Source of the DNA: an uncultured virus (IMG/VR IMGVR_UViG_3300044719_000152) | Taxonomy: Duplodnaviria; Heunggongvirae; Uroviricota; Caudoviricetes | Virus record (IMG/VR): IMGVR_UViG_3300044719_000152 | DNA: 64,000 nucleotides | Strand: one strand, 5' to 3' | Part shown: one piece after another, positions 36,398 to 46,786 of the stretch | How positions within the stretch are numbered: position 1 is the first letter of the stretch | Layout: every line of letters begins with the position of its first letter | The notes under the pieces: generated by a model | What the model saw: only the letters and a program-made list of their open reading frames with translations | Databases searched by the model: none | What the model was told of the DNA's origin: nothing | Translations under genes and position numbers: made by a program

Positions 36398-36736
36398 TCA
36401 AGGCGTCGGGCGTGCCGTAACCTTGTTCGGCACCACCTGCACCGCCACCACGCCGAGCGCGGCGATGACGATGGTGATCCAGCCCTGCGTGGTGATCGCG
36501 CTGCTGCCGGCGACCTGCACGGCGGCCTGCGCACCGGCCAGGAGCACGGCGACGATGGTCTTCGGCCACTCGTAGATGCCAGGTAGCACCGGCACCAGGT
36601 ACACGCCGACTGCGGTCAGCGCCGCGACGGCGATGGTGGCACCGGTCTGCATGGTGAACGGCGCGGTGGCGACGGTCTGGAGTGCGGTGAGGACGGCCAT
36701 CACGATCGCGGCGATCGCCTTGGCGTACTTGGACAT
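36398..36736 (-). CDS. holin (4 TM)
   Basis: MSKYAKAIAAIV...GVYLVP...VVPNK; follows the endolysin. Confidence 0.8.
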   Translation of the reverse strand: MSKYAKAIAAIVMAVLTALQTVATAPFTMQTGATIAVAALTAVGVYLVPVLPGIYEWPKTIVAVLLAGAQAAVQVAGSSAITTQGWITIVIAALGVVAVQVVPNKVTARPTP

Positions 36737-36762
36737 GGCGGGTTTCCCTTCCGTGGTCGTGA

Positions 36763-37734
36763 TCACGAGGTCTTAGGGGTGGCCGTGCCGGTCACGGCGA
36801 GATCGAAAGCGAGCGACGTCGGCGCGGCCGTCACTCCGCCGCCGCCGCTCGTCAGCTTGGCGAGGGCGGCGGTGGCGGCCTTGTGTGCATCGGAGTTCTT
36901 CTCGTAGTCGTCGAACACGGCGGTGTCGACGCCGCGCACGCTTGCCGGCGCACCGCCGGCCTTGGCCTCGGCCAGCTTGGCGCTGATGTCGGCCCAGCTG
37001 GTGCCGATGAGCTCGGCGGTGGGCAGGAGTTCGGCGCACCGGGTGTAGGAACCGTCCGTCTGCACGGTTCCCTCGTCGACCAGAAACTTCCACATGTCGT
37101 CGTCCTCACTGTTCGGGGAGCGAACCGCTCCCGGGGGTTGCTGCCCGAAGCTGGCCTGCCGGGCCTCGTTGGTGTCGCACTCGACGCCGTCGACCACGAC
37201 GGTGCCGAGGCGTTGAAGGAGGTGGATGCGCGGGTCGACCTGGCCGCCGGACCAGGCCTCTGTCTGCCAGGCGAGACTGGCCAGCCCGGCGTCCAGCGCC
37301 CGGGAAACCGCGTAGTAGCCGCCGTACACGCCGGTGCGACTGTGCCCGAGCACGCTGGCGGCGCCCGCGAGGTAGTCCCCGACGGGGCCGAGCTTGGCGA
37401 GCGCCGACATGGCGGCCGGCGCATAGTCGGGGATGTCGAAGTCCACCGCGAAGTAGATCGGCCAGCCTGACGCGCCGACAGCATCGGCCGCGGCGAGCGC
37501 CGCTCGCGCATCGGCGACGCCGGCGTCATGGCCAGCTGCTGCGCGGTTGGCCTGTGACTCCCAGACGAGCGCGACCGCGACGCCGTTGGCGCGTAGGTCG
37601 GCGAACTCGGCTGCAGTTAGGTTGTATCGGCCGCCACCGAGGCCGTTCTCCAGGTACCGCACGACGAACCGATAGCTGGCGGCGTAGATGGCCGCGCCGG
37701 ACGGTCGCCCTCCCGAGTAGTCCAGACCGAGCAT
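36763..37734 (-). CDS. endolysin, DUF1906/GH25-like glycoside hydrolase
   Basis: GLDYS, FVVRYL, ALVWE, PIYFAVDFD, TGVYGG, WQTEAWSGG. Confidence 0.88.
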   Translation of the reverse strand: MLGLDYSGGRPSGAAIYAASYRFVVRYLENGLGGGRYNLTAAEFADLRANGVAVALVWESQANRAAAGHDAGVADARAALAAADAVGASGWPIYFAVDFDIPDYAPAAMSALAKLGPVGDYLAGAASVLGHSRTGVYGGYYAVSRALDAGLASLAWQTEAWSGGQVDPRIHLLQRLGTVVVDGVECDTNEARQASFGQQPPGAVRSPNSEDDDMWKFLVDEGTVQTDGSYTRCAELLPTAELIGTSWADISAKLAEAKAGGAPASVRGVDTAVFDDYEKNSDAHKAATAALAKLTSGGGGVTAAPTSLAFDLAVTGTATPKTS

Positions 37735-37747
37735 GTTCGTCTCCTTG

Positions 37748-38728
37748 TCAGCTGGCGGTGGTAGTGAGCACGTTGGCAGGGCCTTCGTCCTTGACGACCA
37801 CGCCAACAGGGTTGGCGAGCCCGGCCGCACCACCCTGGAACTGGATGTTGCCGCTGCCAGACACGCGAACCGCGGTCATCGTGAACACCAGCGATCCGGG
37901 ACTGCTGCCGGTCTCGTAGTCTGTGGAGAACTCGTCCGTGTACCCGATCCCGTTGGCCAGGATGGTGAACACGTTCTCCCGAAGTTGGTTTCCGCCTGTG
38001 CCCGCCGTCGCGCCGACCCTGATCTTCAGGGAGTAGATGTCGTTGGCGACAGAGCCGAGCGCTTTGAACCGGACCGTGATCCGGTATCGGCGGTTCGAGC
38101 TCAGCGCGACCGATCCACTGTCCATGTTGGTCGGTTCGGTCTCGGTCGTGGTGATCGTGGGGCCGAGGTTGTTGGTGCCGGTGATCTGCCGGCCGCCAAC
38201 GACTCCCCGCGACAGACTGCTCCCGTTGACCTGGACATCCGTGACGGCGTTGATCGTGTTGTCCGTTTTCAGGACGCCGGCGCTGGCACGGTACAAGTTG
38301 ACGTCCACATTGGTTGACCCGCCGGGGCCCCACTGCATCCGTCCGTCGAAGTCCTGGATGAAGCTGGCGTTGGTGTCGCCGGACTTGCGGAAGTCGACGA
38401 CCCGATTACCAGAGATCGTGGCGGTGGTCTGGATCCGCAGCGCTGCCTGTGCCCCGGTCGCACCGAGCGTTGCAGGGCCACCGGTGCCGTGCAGGTAGCT
38501 CCAGGACGCTGACGCCGGGCTTGATCCGTTGGACACCAGCGCAGCGCCAGTGTCTGACTCCAGCACCCCCTGTCCGGCGATGGGTGTGGACGGCCTGGTG
38601 GTGCTGGTGGCCGGCGTGAACCCCACCAGGTTGTCGATCTTGTCGGCGTTCGCGTTGAAGATCGTGACGTCGTAAAACTCGCTCGTCGCCGGCTTGACCA
38701 GCGCTGCGCGGGTCGTGGTCGTCGACAT
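37748..38728 (-). CDS. tail fibre/receptor-binding minor tail protein
   Basis: LVKP...YDV..FNANADKID N-terminus; DVNLYRASAGVLKTD; last tail gene. Confidence 0.7.
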   Translation of the reverse strand: MSTTTTRAALVKPATSEFYDVTIFNANADKIDNLVGFTPATSTTRPSTPIAGQGVLESDTGAALVSNGSSPASASWSYLHGTGGPATLGATGAQAALRIQTTATISGNRVVDFRKSGDTNASFIQDFDGRMQWGPGGSTNVDVNLYRASAGVLKTDNTINAVTDVQVNGSSLSRGVVGGRQITGTNNLGPTITTTETEPTNMDSGSVALSSNRRYRITVRFKALGSVANDIYSLKIRVGATAGTGGNQLRENVFTILANGIGYTDEFSTDYETGSSPGSLVFTMTAVRVSGSGNIQFQGGAAGLANPVGVVVKDEGPANVLTTTAS

Positions 38729-39273
38729 CAGGACTCCTCGGAGGCGTCGGGGTACGCGGCGGAAATGATCGGCTCAGGGCCGAGCAGTTGTCGCCGAAGA
38801 ACCTCGGCCCGCGGCACCGGAGCGAGCGACAAACGGCGTCGGTGCGCGAGTTGCTGCTCACGCACCTGGGACACATGAGCGGTCTTCACCGCCACCACCT
38901 CCAGGTCCATTACCGACTCCGCGCGCACCCGGTCCAGTGGCGTCCCCTTCGCCCTCGTGGACATGCGGTGCCGCAGCTTCACCGCCGCGCAGCGGGCGAG
39001 ATGGTCGCGGCGGGCGGTGGCGATGTCGGGGGCGGTGTGCAGTGCGCTGCCGTTTGCCCAGTCCTCCGGCGTGAGGTGGGGCTCGGTGAGAACCACATCC
39101 AAGAGGGAGGCGGTGTCCGACGGGTCGATGCCGTACTCGGCGGCCCTCCACTCCATTGTGTCTGTTGGGAACACGTGCAGCTGCCGTTCCGATGAGCCGT
39201 CGTCAGCTGTGAGGGTTTTCGCCACGCGCCAGCGATCCCGGACCAGTTCGACGCTATCGAACACGATCTTCAT
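38728..39273 (-). CDS. hypothetical tail-associated protein
   Basis: EWRAAEYGIDP motif; between tail genes. Confidence 0.6.
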   Translation of the reverse strand: MKIVFDSVELVRDRWRVAKTLTADDGSSERQLHVFPTDTMEWRAAEYGIDPSDTASLLDVVLTEPHLTPEDWANGSALHTAPDIATARRDHLARCAAVKLRHRMSTRAKGTPLDRVRAESVMDLEVVAVKTAHVSQVREQQLAHRRRLSLAPVPRAEVLRRQLLGPEPIISAAYPDASEES

Positions 39274-39287
39274 CGTTCACCGCCTTT

Positions 39288-42116
39288 CTAGGAGAGTCGG
39301 AAGCACCAGGTGTTGACGATCACCGCGTGGGCGTTGGGGTATGCGACTGTGACGCCTGTCGCCGACGAGGCGCTGATTGCCGCGTACGTGTTAGGGCTGC
39401 CACTGTCGATCACGCTCGCGACGGGGTTGATCCGGCCGGCGAACGTTGCCCCATAGGACAGGATGAGGCTGCCGAACCCTGCTCCCACGCTGGTTTCCTC
39501 GCAGTAGGTGGCTGACAGACCGCCGATGTTTTGCGCCTCTGCCCACACGCCCTTCTGGAAGTGGTTCGCCGAGTTGTCGATCTCGTACCAGGCGTCTACT
39601 GAGGCGTTGCTGACCCCGTTCCGTGTGATGTTCGACCACGCCTGGAAGAAGCCCCCGTCGTTGCTCTGGTCGGTCGTCTTGATCAGCTGCATGGTGATCG
39701 AGTCGGTCGCGATCAGGCGTGTCCGGTTTGTGTTTCCGGACGTGACGTTGGTGAACGTGCCAGAGTTCATGCCCATGGTGGTGCCGGCGTTGCCGCCGTC
39801 GGGTGCGTTGATGAACGCGACGTTGGAGCTGTTCGACGGGTAGAAGTCGATGGTGGGCCAGCCGTCGCCGCCGCCGGTCGGGCCAGCCGGGTTCAGGATG
39901 ACGCGGCTTCCCGTTCCGACACCGGACTGCACGGTTCCGGTGAGGGTGGCGGACCCGTCGGCCGAGTTGATCGCTACCGTCTGTGTGCCGTTGCCGTTGT
40001 AGGCCTGCAATCCGCTGGAGTTGAGCTCGACCCGGGCACCACTATCCGCTGTCTTGATGCGGGCGCCGATGAACCAGTCCGCGGTGATCGTGCCCGCGGT
40101 CACCTTAGTCACTGTCAGGTCGGAGATGTGCGCGTTGTCGATGAGCAGCGCGGTCGCCTGCACTGCCGTGCTCGGATTGGACTTGTTGCCCGCCTCGTCC
40201 ACGGCGAGCACCTTGAAGTAGAGCGCACCCGTGGACTCGACATTGAACGTACCAACGGCGGGGATCTGAGCAATGATCATGCCGTTGTTGGCGATCAGTT
40301 TGCCCAGCAGCGTCGTGTTGTCCGGGGTGAACGTGGGCTCGTACTGCGCGTGCACCTCGAGATGGTGCAGGTCGGCTTCCAGGTTGTACGTGCCACCGCT
40401 CGACTTGCCGAGCGTGTGGGTCACCTGGATCGCGATCCGCGACGCGGCAACGGAAGGGGGCGCCGGTACGGACGGGGCGATCGTGTCCCCCACCGTCTGG
40501 ATCGTCGTCGTCGCCGACCACACCGAGCTGTTCGGTGGGTTTCCGTTGTCCACTGCCCTGATCTGGATGTCGTACGGCACACCAGGCGTGAGCTCCTGGA
40601 TCAGGTACGAGGTGGCGTCGAAGCCCACGTAGGCGGTCTGCCACGGGCCCGGCGTGTAGGTGATCGGCTCGGCGTTCGTACCGGCGTGCAACTGGGCGTG
40701 GGTGTAACTGGCCATCTGGGCGTGCGTGGCTGGGAAGATCGGTGTCGCGCCGGTGCGGTACTGGATCTCATAGTGGTCGCCGTCGATGATCGCCGAACCG
40801 TCCGTGTTGGTTGGCCTCGTCCACGCGACCTGCACCTGGGCCTTGGTGATGCCGCTGTTGGTGGACTGGTAGACGGACTGCGTGAAGGGCAGAACGAACG
40901 CGGGCGCGTTGGGGATGCTGGTGTTCGGCATCGGCCGCGTGCCGATGCTCTCCCCGTTCGGGTTCGTCAACGACCGATCGAACCCGCCGACGGTGAGGGT
41001 CGTCGAGCCGGACTCCCAGATGACGTAGTCCGTCAGGTCGTACCAGTTGCCGTTGTAGTCCCGGTAGGCCACGGACATGCCGGCGGTGATCGGGTAGGTC
41101 AGCTCCATCACGCGCAGCTTGGTCGGGTTGATCCGCTGCCCGCGGAACACGATCTCGTTCGGCGTCGCCGAGGTGTCGACCAGGCCGGCGTCCGGGTCGT
41201 GCACCCACACCCAGTCCCCGAGCGCGACGTCGCCGCGGATGTCGAACTGGTCGCTGGTCAGCTTGATCTGCTGCCGCGGCGTGCTGTACGTGTTCAACGT
41301 GACGGCGGCCTGGGCGTTGGCGTTGTTCGGGTCCGTCGAGGACTGCGACACCGCGCTGATGATGCTGACCGGGTTGCCGTGCAGGTCCAGGTACGGGTTG
41401 AGCGCCGGGGAGATCGTGGCCGCGCCGGTCGCGATCGCCGTGCCCTGGCCCTGCGCGAGCAGGATCACCTCGGTGATGAACGACTGCACGTCCTCCGTGG
41501 TGACGCCCTTCCCCGGCAGCGCCCGGACGCCCATGTCGGCGCCGATGTCACGCCGCACCACCGCGGCGACCGGGTTGGTGACGTACAGATCGCTGACGAG
41601 CCCGGCGTCCAAAGTGGCGTCGCCGTTCACCCTGTACTCAACCGGGTTGGTGTAGTCGCTGGTCATGGTCGAGCACAGGTAGTCCAACGCCTTGCGGGAG
41701 GTCTGCCACTGGTGCAGGCCGGTGTAGGCCCCGGTGACCGAGTGGATCGTGCCGGCGGTGACCGCACCGGACGCCGGCAGCATCGCGTTCACGGCGGAGG
41801 TGAACGAGGCGTTGGTGAACGTGAGCGCGGTGGTGATGACGGGCCCGTTGTTGTTCTCGTCGCCCAACCAGTACGCCATGCCGCTGCCGGACAGGTTGTA
41901 TCCGCTGTCGTCGCTCGCGAACGTCTTGCCCCTCAGCACGCCCGTGTACCTGCCCGAGCGGAGCAGGGTGTCGCCGGCAACGCGCGGATCGGGGCGTCCG
42001 GTGCTGACGACGATGTGCCCGAAGTACTGGATGGCGTCGATGACGGCGCGCGGTGTGTCCGGCCGCAGCTTCAGCGACCAACTGCCCAGCGCGCCCTTGG
42101 TCTCGGTGATGCTCAT
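39288..42116 (-). CDS. large minor tail protein with fibronectin-III-like domain
   Basis: LTPGVPYDIQIRAVD..N.S.WS, DTIAPSVP, ISDLTVTKVTAGTITA. Confidence 0.8.
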   Translation of the reverse strand: MSITETKGALGSWSLKLRPDTPRAVIDAIQYFGHIVVSTGRPDPRVAGDTLLRSGRYTGVLRGKTFASDDSGYNLSGSGMAYWLGDENNNGPVITTALTFTNASFTSAVNAMLPASGAVTAGTIHSVTGAYTGLHQWQTSRKALDYLCSTMTSDYTNPVEYRVNGDATLDAGLVSDLYVTNPVAAVVRRDIGADMGVRALPGKGVTTEDVQSFITEVILLAQGQGTAIATGAATISPALNPYLDLHGNPVSIISAVSQSSTDPNNANAQAAVTLNTYSTPRQQIKLTSDQFDIRGDVALGDWVWVHDPDAGLVDTSATPNEIVFRGQRINPTKLRVMELTYPITAGMSVAYRDYNGNWYDLTDYVIWESGSTTLTVGGFDRSLTNPNGESIGTRPMPNTSIPNAPAFVLPFTQSVYQSTNSGITKAQVQVAWTRPTNTDGSAIIDGDHYEIQYRTGATPIFPATHAQMASYTHAQLHAGTNAEPITYTPGPWQTAYVGFDATSYLIQELTPGVPYDIQIRAVDNGNPPNSSVWSATTTIQTVGDTIAPSVPAPPSVAASRIAIQVTHTLGKSSGGTYNLEADLHHLEVHAQYEPTFTPDNTTLLGKLIANNGMIIAQIPAVGTFNVESTGALYFKVLAVDEAGNKSNPSTAVQATALLIDNAHISDLTVTKVTAGTITADWFIGARIKTADSGARVELNSSGLQAYNGNGTQTVAINSADGSATLTGTVQSGVGTGSRVILNPAGPTGGGDGWPTIDFYPSNSSNVAFINAPDGGNAGTTMGMNSGTFTNVTSGNTNRTRLIATDSITMQLIKTTDQSNDGGFFQAWSNITRNGVSNASVDAWYEIDNSANHFQKGVWAEAQNIGGLSATYCEETSVGAGFGSLILSYGATFAGRINPVASVIDSGSPNTYAAISASSATGVTVAYPNAHAVIVNTWCFRLS

Positions 42117-43348
42117 CTGCGCACCGCCTGCACGAGCTCGCTGGGCGCGCCGAGGTACTGGGCATAGAGGTCGCCCGCCACGTCGCCGGCCACCGCGCCG
42201 GATCCGCCGGCGACGACGCCGATGAACGCGTCGAGGGTGACGGTGCTGGCGAGCTGGATCCCGCCCTGCGTGGTCAACGCGGTGAACGTCTTCGCCGAGC
42301 CGATGATGTACCGGTTGCCCGCAGCGTCGTTCGCGGTGGCGGACACGTAGCCGGTGCCGGCGGTGCCGGCCTCTGCAGTGACGCACTGGATCGTCAGCGT
42401 CGCCGAGAACTCGCCCTGCACGTACACCTCGACGAACCTGCTGCCGCGGCGCAGCGTGAGGTCGACGGTGATCCGCCCAGGTGCCTGCGTCCACAGCAGA
42501 CGCACCACGGCGATCTCGACCTCGTTGCGCAGCACGGTGCACGACGTCGGCGCGCCGAGCGAACTGGCGGCGGACTGGATGTCCCAGTTCTTCGTCTGCC
42601 AGCCGCCCCCGGTGTACGCCGACACCTGGAGCACACCGTTGCTCGTCAACGGGGTAACACGGACGAGGGAGTTGTGCAGCGTCCACCCGGTCGCCGCCAC
42701 GCTGTAGTTGATGCCAGCCCGCTCCAGCGAGTTCTGGTCAATGAACCGCACCCGGCCGTTGAGGTAGGAGCCGACCGGGCAGCCCCACCGCGGGTTGTAG
42801 CCGGTCTGGAGTCGCCGGTAGACGGTCATTGCCCCGTCGCTGCCGGTTCGGGTCACTGTGGACGGCTGGGACGGTCCGGCCCAGTACGCGTAGTGCCCTA
42901 TCGGCGGGCAGTGCCACCGCTCCCCCGTCGCGCTGAAGCTGTTGTTGCGGGCGGTCGCACCGGTCAACCTGGACTCCAGGTCGACCTCGGTGTCCGTGCC
43001 GACCCGGATGAGGTTCGCCGACCAGTCGCACGTGATGAGCTCGCCCGTCCAGTTCATCAACGCGGCCTGCGCCGCGGTGAGCCGGTAGTAGCCGTTCCGG
43101 TCCTGCTTGTTCGTGAACGTCACCGGCTGGATCGAACTGCCGGCCATACCGGTCAGGTCGTCCTCGACCTGCGCCAGCGCCGCCACCGACAGGCCAGCCG
43201 ACGGCGCGGTGGAGGCGTTCACCTCCTGCCCGGTCAACGCGAGGGTGCGGCCGGTGGCGTTGGTCGAGTCGACCGCGTCCGTGGCCGTCGTGATGGCCTC
43301 CCGCAACGACAATCGGCCGATCTGCGTGGTCCCGAAGTTCGTGGTCAT
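42113..43348 (-). CDS. minor tail protein (distal tail-like)
   Basis: directly follows the tape measure gene. Confidence 0.7.
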   Translation of the reverse strand: MTTNFGTTQIGRLSLREAITTATDAVDSTNATGRTLALTGQEVNASTAPSAGLSVAALAQVEDDLTGMAGSSIQPVTFTNKQDRNGYYRLTAAQAALMNWTGELITCDWSANLIRVGTDTEVDLESRLTGATARNNSFSATGERWHCPPIGHYAYWAGPSQPSTVTRTGSDGAMTVYRRLQTGYNPRWGCPVGSYLNGRVRFIDQNSLERAGINYSVAATGWTLHNSLVRVTPLTSNGVLQVSAYTGGGWQTKNWDIQSAASSLGAPTSCTVLRNEVEIAVVRLLWTQAPGRITVDLTLRRGSRFVEVYVQGEFSATLTIQCVTAEAGTAGTGYVSATANDAAGNRYIIGSAKTFTALTTQGGIQLASTVTLDAFIGVVAGGSGAVAGDVAGDLYAQYLGAPSELVQAVRR

Positions 43349-46300
43349 GAGTACTGGCCCTCCACGACTCGCAGGGCGTTGCGGAGCTCGAAGACCATCT
43401 TTCGGGCGTTGGCGGTCATCGCGTTCGGGTCGGTGAGGTCGACGATCCCGGTCACGTTGACGTTCTCGATCGTGATGCCGCCCTGCCCGGCCGTGGTCGA
43501 CGAAGTCGCGCCGGCCAGGCCCTGAGCGGACACGAGCGGCGCGCCGCCGGACACCATCACGCCCCGCGCCGCGGCGAGCACACCAGCCGCCATGGTCCGC
43601 GACGCGGCGACGGCCTGACCCTGCGTCTGCTGCATACCCACCACGAGGCCGGTCGGGATGTGTTGGCCCACCTCTTCGGCCATCACCCGCGACGGCGACG
43701 AGATCCCCAGGGCGTCCTTGATTGGGCCCGGGATCACGCTCTTGATCCAGCCCCACACGTGGTCATAGAGCCACTGGCCCATGCCCTCGATGCCGTGCCA
43801 GATGCCCTCGACGATGTTCTTGCCGATGTCAAAGATGCCGGAGATCGCGTCCCACACCGCGCGCACAGCGCCCTTGACGATGTCGACGATCGCGTTCCAG
43901 ATGCCGCCGAACACGTCCTTGATGCCCTGCCACACCTGGCCCCAGTTGCCGGAGATGATGCCGGTGACGACCTCGATCACGCCCTTGATCACCTGCATGA
44001 CGTCCTTGACGATGTCGGCGATCGACCCGAACACGTCCTTCACGACGGGCAACAGCGCCTTGATCACCGGGACCAGGATGTCCACGATGATCTGTATCAG
44101 CGGCTGGATCACTGGCACCAGATCCGAGATCAGCTGAGCCACGAGCCGCAGGATCGGCATCAGAGCCTGGAGGATGTCCAGCAGCGGCGGGATCGCGGCC
44201 TGCACGATCTGCATCAACGCCGGGAACAGCGGCGCCGCTGCCTGGAACACGCCCTGCATCAGCTGGCCCCAGGCGTCCAGGATCGGCATCAGCGCGGGGA
44301 ACACGCCGGACACCGCGTTCGCGACGGTAGTGATCAGCTGGACAAGGATCGGCAGCAGCGGCGAGATCGCCGTCCACACCGCGCTGAACGCGGTCGATAG
44401 TGCCTGGCCGACGACGTGCGCCAGCTGGGTCACCACGTTGATGATCGGCGGCAGGATCGGCAGCAACCCAACCAGTAGCTTCGCGACGAAGTCGGTGATG
44501 GGTGGGATCAGCTGCAGGATCGCGCCGACCAGCTGACCGAACGCCGGCATCGCCGGGGCGAGCGCCTTGAGCACGGAGTCGAGCTGCTGGGCCACCACGG
44601 TCAGCACCGGGCCGAGCGCGGCCAGAACCGGCTTCAGCAGGGCGACGATCATGTTGGCCAGGTCGGAGATCACCGGAACCAGCGCGGCGAACACCGGCGC
44701 GAACGCCTGCGCGATCAGCGTCACCAGCTGGCCGAGCGGCGCGCCGAGACTGCCGATGGCCTGCCCCAGCGACTGCAACATCGACCCCAGCGGGGCCATC
44801 GCCGGCGCCAGCGCGGCCATCATCTGGTTGAGGCCGCCACCGATCGCGTTCAGCCCGGCACCCAGGCCGGACGTCACCGGCCCGGCGACCGAGCCGAGCT
44901 GCACGAGCCCGGTGAACACCTGGCCCAAGCCGCCGAGCAGCCCCTGAAACAGCGGGACGGCGTTGGCGAACAGCGCCTGCAACTGGCCCTGGAACAGCGG
45001 CGTCTTGAACAGGTTCCCCGCCTGCACCGCAGCGTCCGAGAACACGTGCCCCATGGACGCGATGCCAGCGTTGAAGATGGGGAACAAGCCCACGGAGTCC
45101 TTGAGCATGGTGGTCATGCCCGGCAGGAAGCTGTTCTCCGAGGTGGCCTTCAGCCCGTCCACCAACGGTTTCATCGACAGCAGCTGGTTGACGAAGTCTC
45201 GGCCGGCCGGGGTCAGCTTCGCCATAGCCGCCGCGAACTGGCTGGCGGCGCCGGCGGACTGGGCGGCCTGCGCCGCCTGCTGCGCTTCGGTGTCCGCCAA
45301 CTGCTGCTGCGCCTTGGCCACTGCCTCCGCAGCGTCAGCTTCCTGCCGGGAGGCGTCGACCTGAGCCTTGGTCAGAGCTTCCTGCGCGTTCTGCACGCCC
45401 TCGTTCGCGGAGATCAGGGAGTTCTTCGCGTCAACGACCTGCTTGTCGCCCTCGACGCCCTTGGCGTTGGCGTCGGCGGCCTGCTGTCGGACCTGCTCGT
45501 CGCGCTGCTTCAGGTCGTCGAGCTGCTGCTGGGCGTTCTTGACGTCGTACTCCGCCTGGCGCTTCTCCAGGTCCGTGGACAGGGGGTTGGCCAGGACCTG
45601 CTTCAACCGCTGCTGGGCCTGCTCGACCGCGAGGCTCGCGCCCTCCTCGTTCACCGCCATGTCGCTCACCTGCTGGTTGAGCGACTCGATCTGCTGCTCG
45701 GCGGCCTTCCGCGCGTCGGTGAGGTTCTGCGTCGCGATCTGGTCCTGCCGCTGCGCATCCGTGACCCGCTGCTCGGCCTGTGCGATGGACAGCGCGGCAT
45801 CCTCGTACACGCGGGCCTGTTGCTTCTGGGCGTCCGCGATCGCCTGCTGCGCGTTGCGGATCGCGATCGCGTTGCTGAGCTGGGTTGAGGCCGCAGAGTT
45901 CGACGCCGATGCCGCGGCCTTCTGGTCCGCCGAGTAGCCCTTCAACGCCTCCGATACACCGTGGAACGCGAACCCGATCCCAGCGAGCGCCGCGCCAGCC
46001 CCGGCTGCGGCTGGTCCGATCGCGGCGATGGCCGCAGCCGCAACAGCCGCGAGCGCCGGGATGGCGCCGAGTCCCATCGCCGCGAACCCGCCGATCCCCG
46101 CGAGCGGCCCGGACAGGCTGGATGCCGAGAAGCCCGCCTTGTCCACCGACGACGATGCCTGCTCGGCCTTCGTCTTGACGTCGTCCAAGCCGGAGCCGTC
46201 GCCCTGGATGGCGACCCGCTTGGCCTTCAAGGTGTCGACGCGCGCGTTGAGCTGATCCAGCTTCGCCTCGGCGGCCGCGATGTCGGCGTCCACCTTCGGT

Positions 46301-46767
46301 GAGGCCCGCTTGGCGTCGAGCTCCTGGATCTTCAGCTGGACGCGTTCCAGGTTGATGTTCGCGGCCGCGATGTCCGCGTCCACCTTCGGCGACGGCCGCT
46401 CCTCGTTCAGCTCCTCCAGCTTCGACGTGATCTGCTGAGCCTTGAGCTCCGCGGCGGCGATCTCGACGTCGATCTTCGGGTCGGTCTTGCGGGCCTTCAG
46501 GTCGTCCAGCCGTGCCTTGACCTGATCGATCTGCGCGGTGGCGGCAGCGATGTTCGCGTCGATCGTCGCCGTGGCGCGCTTCCCGTCGATGCGTGTGCGC
46601 ACCTCGTCGGCCTTCGCCTCGGCCGGTGCGACGTCGGCGTCGACCTTCATCTCGGCGGGTGCCTCGCCGCGCACCTTCGCCTCGATCTTGGCCAGGTCGT
46701 CCTCCGTCGAGTCCTTCAGTTTGACCTCGACGTACGCCTCGGCGATCTTGAAGCCGTCACCGGCCAT
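43345..46767 (-). CDS. tape measure protein
   Basis: 1140 aa; FKIAEAYVEV start, Ala/Gln coiled coil, amphipathic repeats, LGISSPSRVM. Confidence 0.92.
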   Translation of the reverse strand: MAGDGFKIAEAYVEVKLKDSTEDDLAKIEAKVRGEAPAEMKVDADVAPAEAKADEVRTRIDGKRATATIDANIAAATAQIDQVKARLDDLKARKTDPKIDVEIAAAELKAQQITSKLEELNEERPSPKVDADIAAANINLERVQLKIQELDAKRASPKVDADIAAAEAKLDQLNARVDTLKAKRVAIQGDGSGLDDVKTKAEQASSSVDKAGFSASSLSGPLAGIGGFAAMGLGAIPALAAVAAAAIAAIGPAAAGAGAALAGIGFAFHGVSEALKGYSADQKAAASASNSAASTQLSNAIAIRNAQQAIADAQKQQARVYEDAALSIAQAEQRVTDAQRQDQIATQNLTDARKAAEQQIESLNQQVSDMAVNEEGASLAVEQAQQRLKQVLANPLSTDLEKRQAEYDVKNAQQQLDDLKQRDEQVRQQAADANAKGVEGDKQVVDAKNSLISANEGVQNAQEALTKAQVDASRQEADAAEAVAKAQQQLADTEAQQAAQAAQSAGAASQFAAAMAKLTPAGRDFVNQLLSMKPLVDGLKATSENSFLPGMTTMLKDSVGLFPIFNAGIASMGHVFSDAAVQAGNLFKTPLFQGQLQALFANAVPLFQGLLGGLGQVFTGLVQLGSVAGPVTSGLGAGLNAIGGGLNQMMAALAPAMAPLGSMLQSLGQAIGSLGAPLGQLVTLIAQAFAPVFAALVPVISDLANMIVALLKPVLAALGPVLTVVAQQLDSVLKALAPAMPAFGQLVGAILQLIPPITDFVAKLLVGLLPILPPIINVVTQLAHVVGQALSTAFSAVWTAISPLLPILVQLITTVANAVSGVFPALMPILDAWGQLMQGVFQAAAPLFPALMQIVQAAIPPLLDILQALMPILRLVAQLISDLVPVIQPLIQIIVDILVPVIKALLPVVKDVFGSIADIVKDVMQVIKGVIEVVTGIISGNWGQVWQGIKDVFGGIWNAIVDIVKGAVRAVWDAISGIFDIGKNIVEGIWHGIEGMGQWLYDHVWGWIKSVIPGPIKDALGISSPSRVMAEEVGQHIPTGLVVGMQQTQGQAVAASRTMAAGVLAAARGVMVSGGAPLVSAQGLAGATSSTTAGQGGITIENVNVTGIVDLTDPNAMTANARKMVFELRNALRVVEGQYS

Positions 46768-46786
46768 TCGCTGTCACCTCCCTCCG

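Noticed and set aside
37748..42116. diversity-generating retroelement or invertible tail-fibre cassette
   Set aside because: No reverse transcriptase, invertase or template/variable repeat pair seen
46180..46680. repeated KVDADIAAA-type motifs
   Set aside because: Ordinary N-terminal repeats of a tape measure protein
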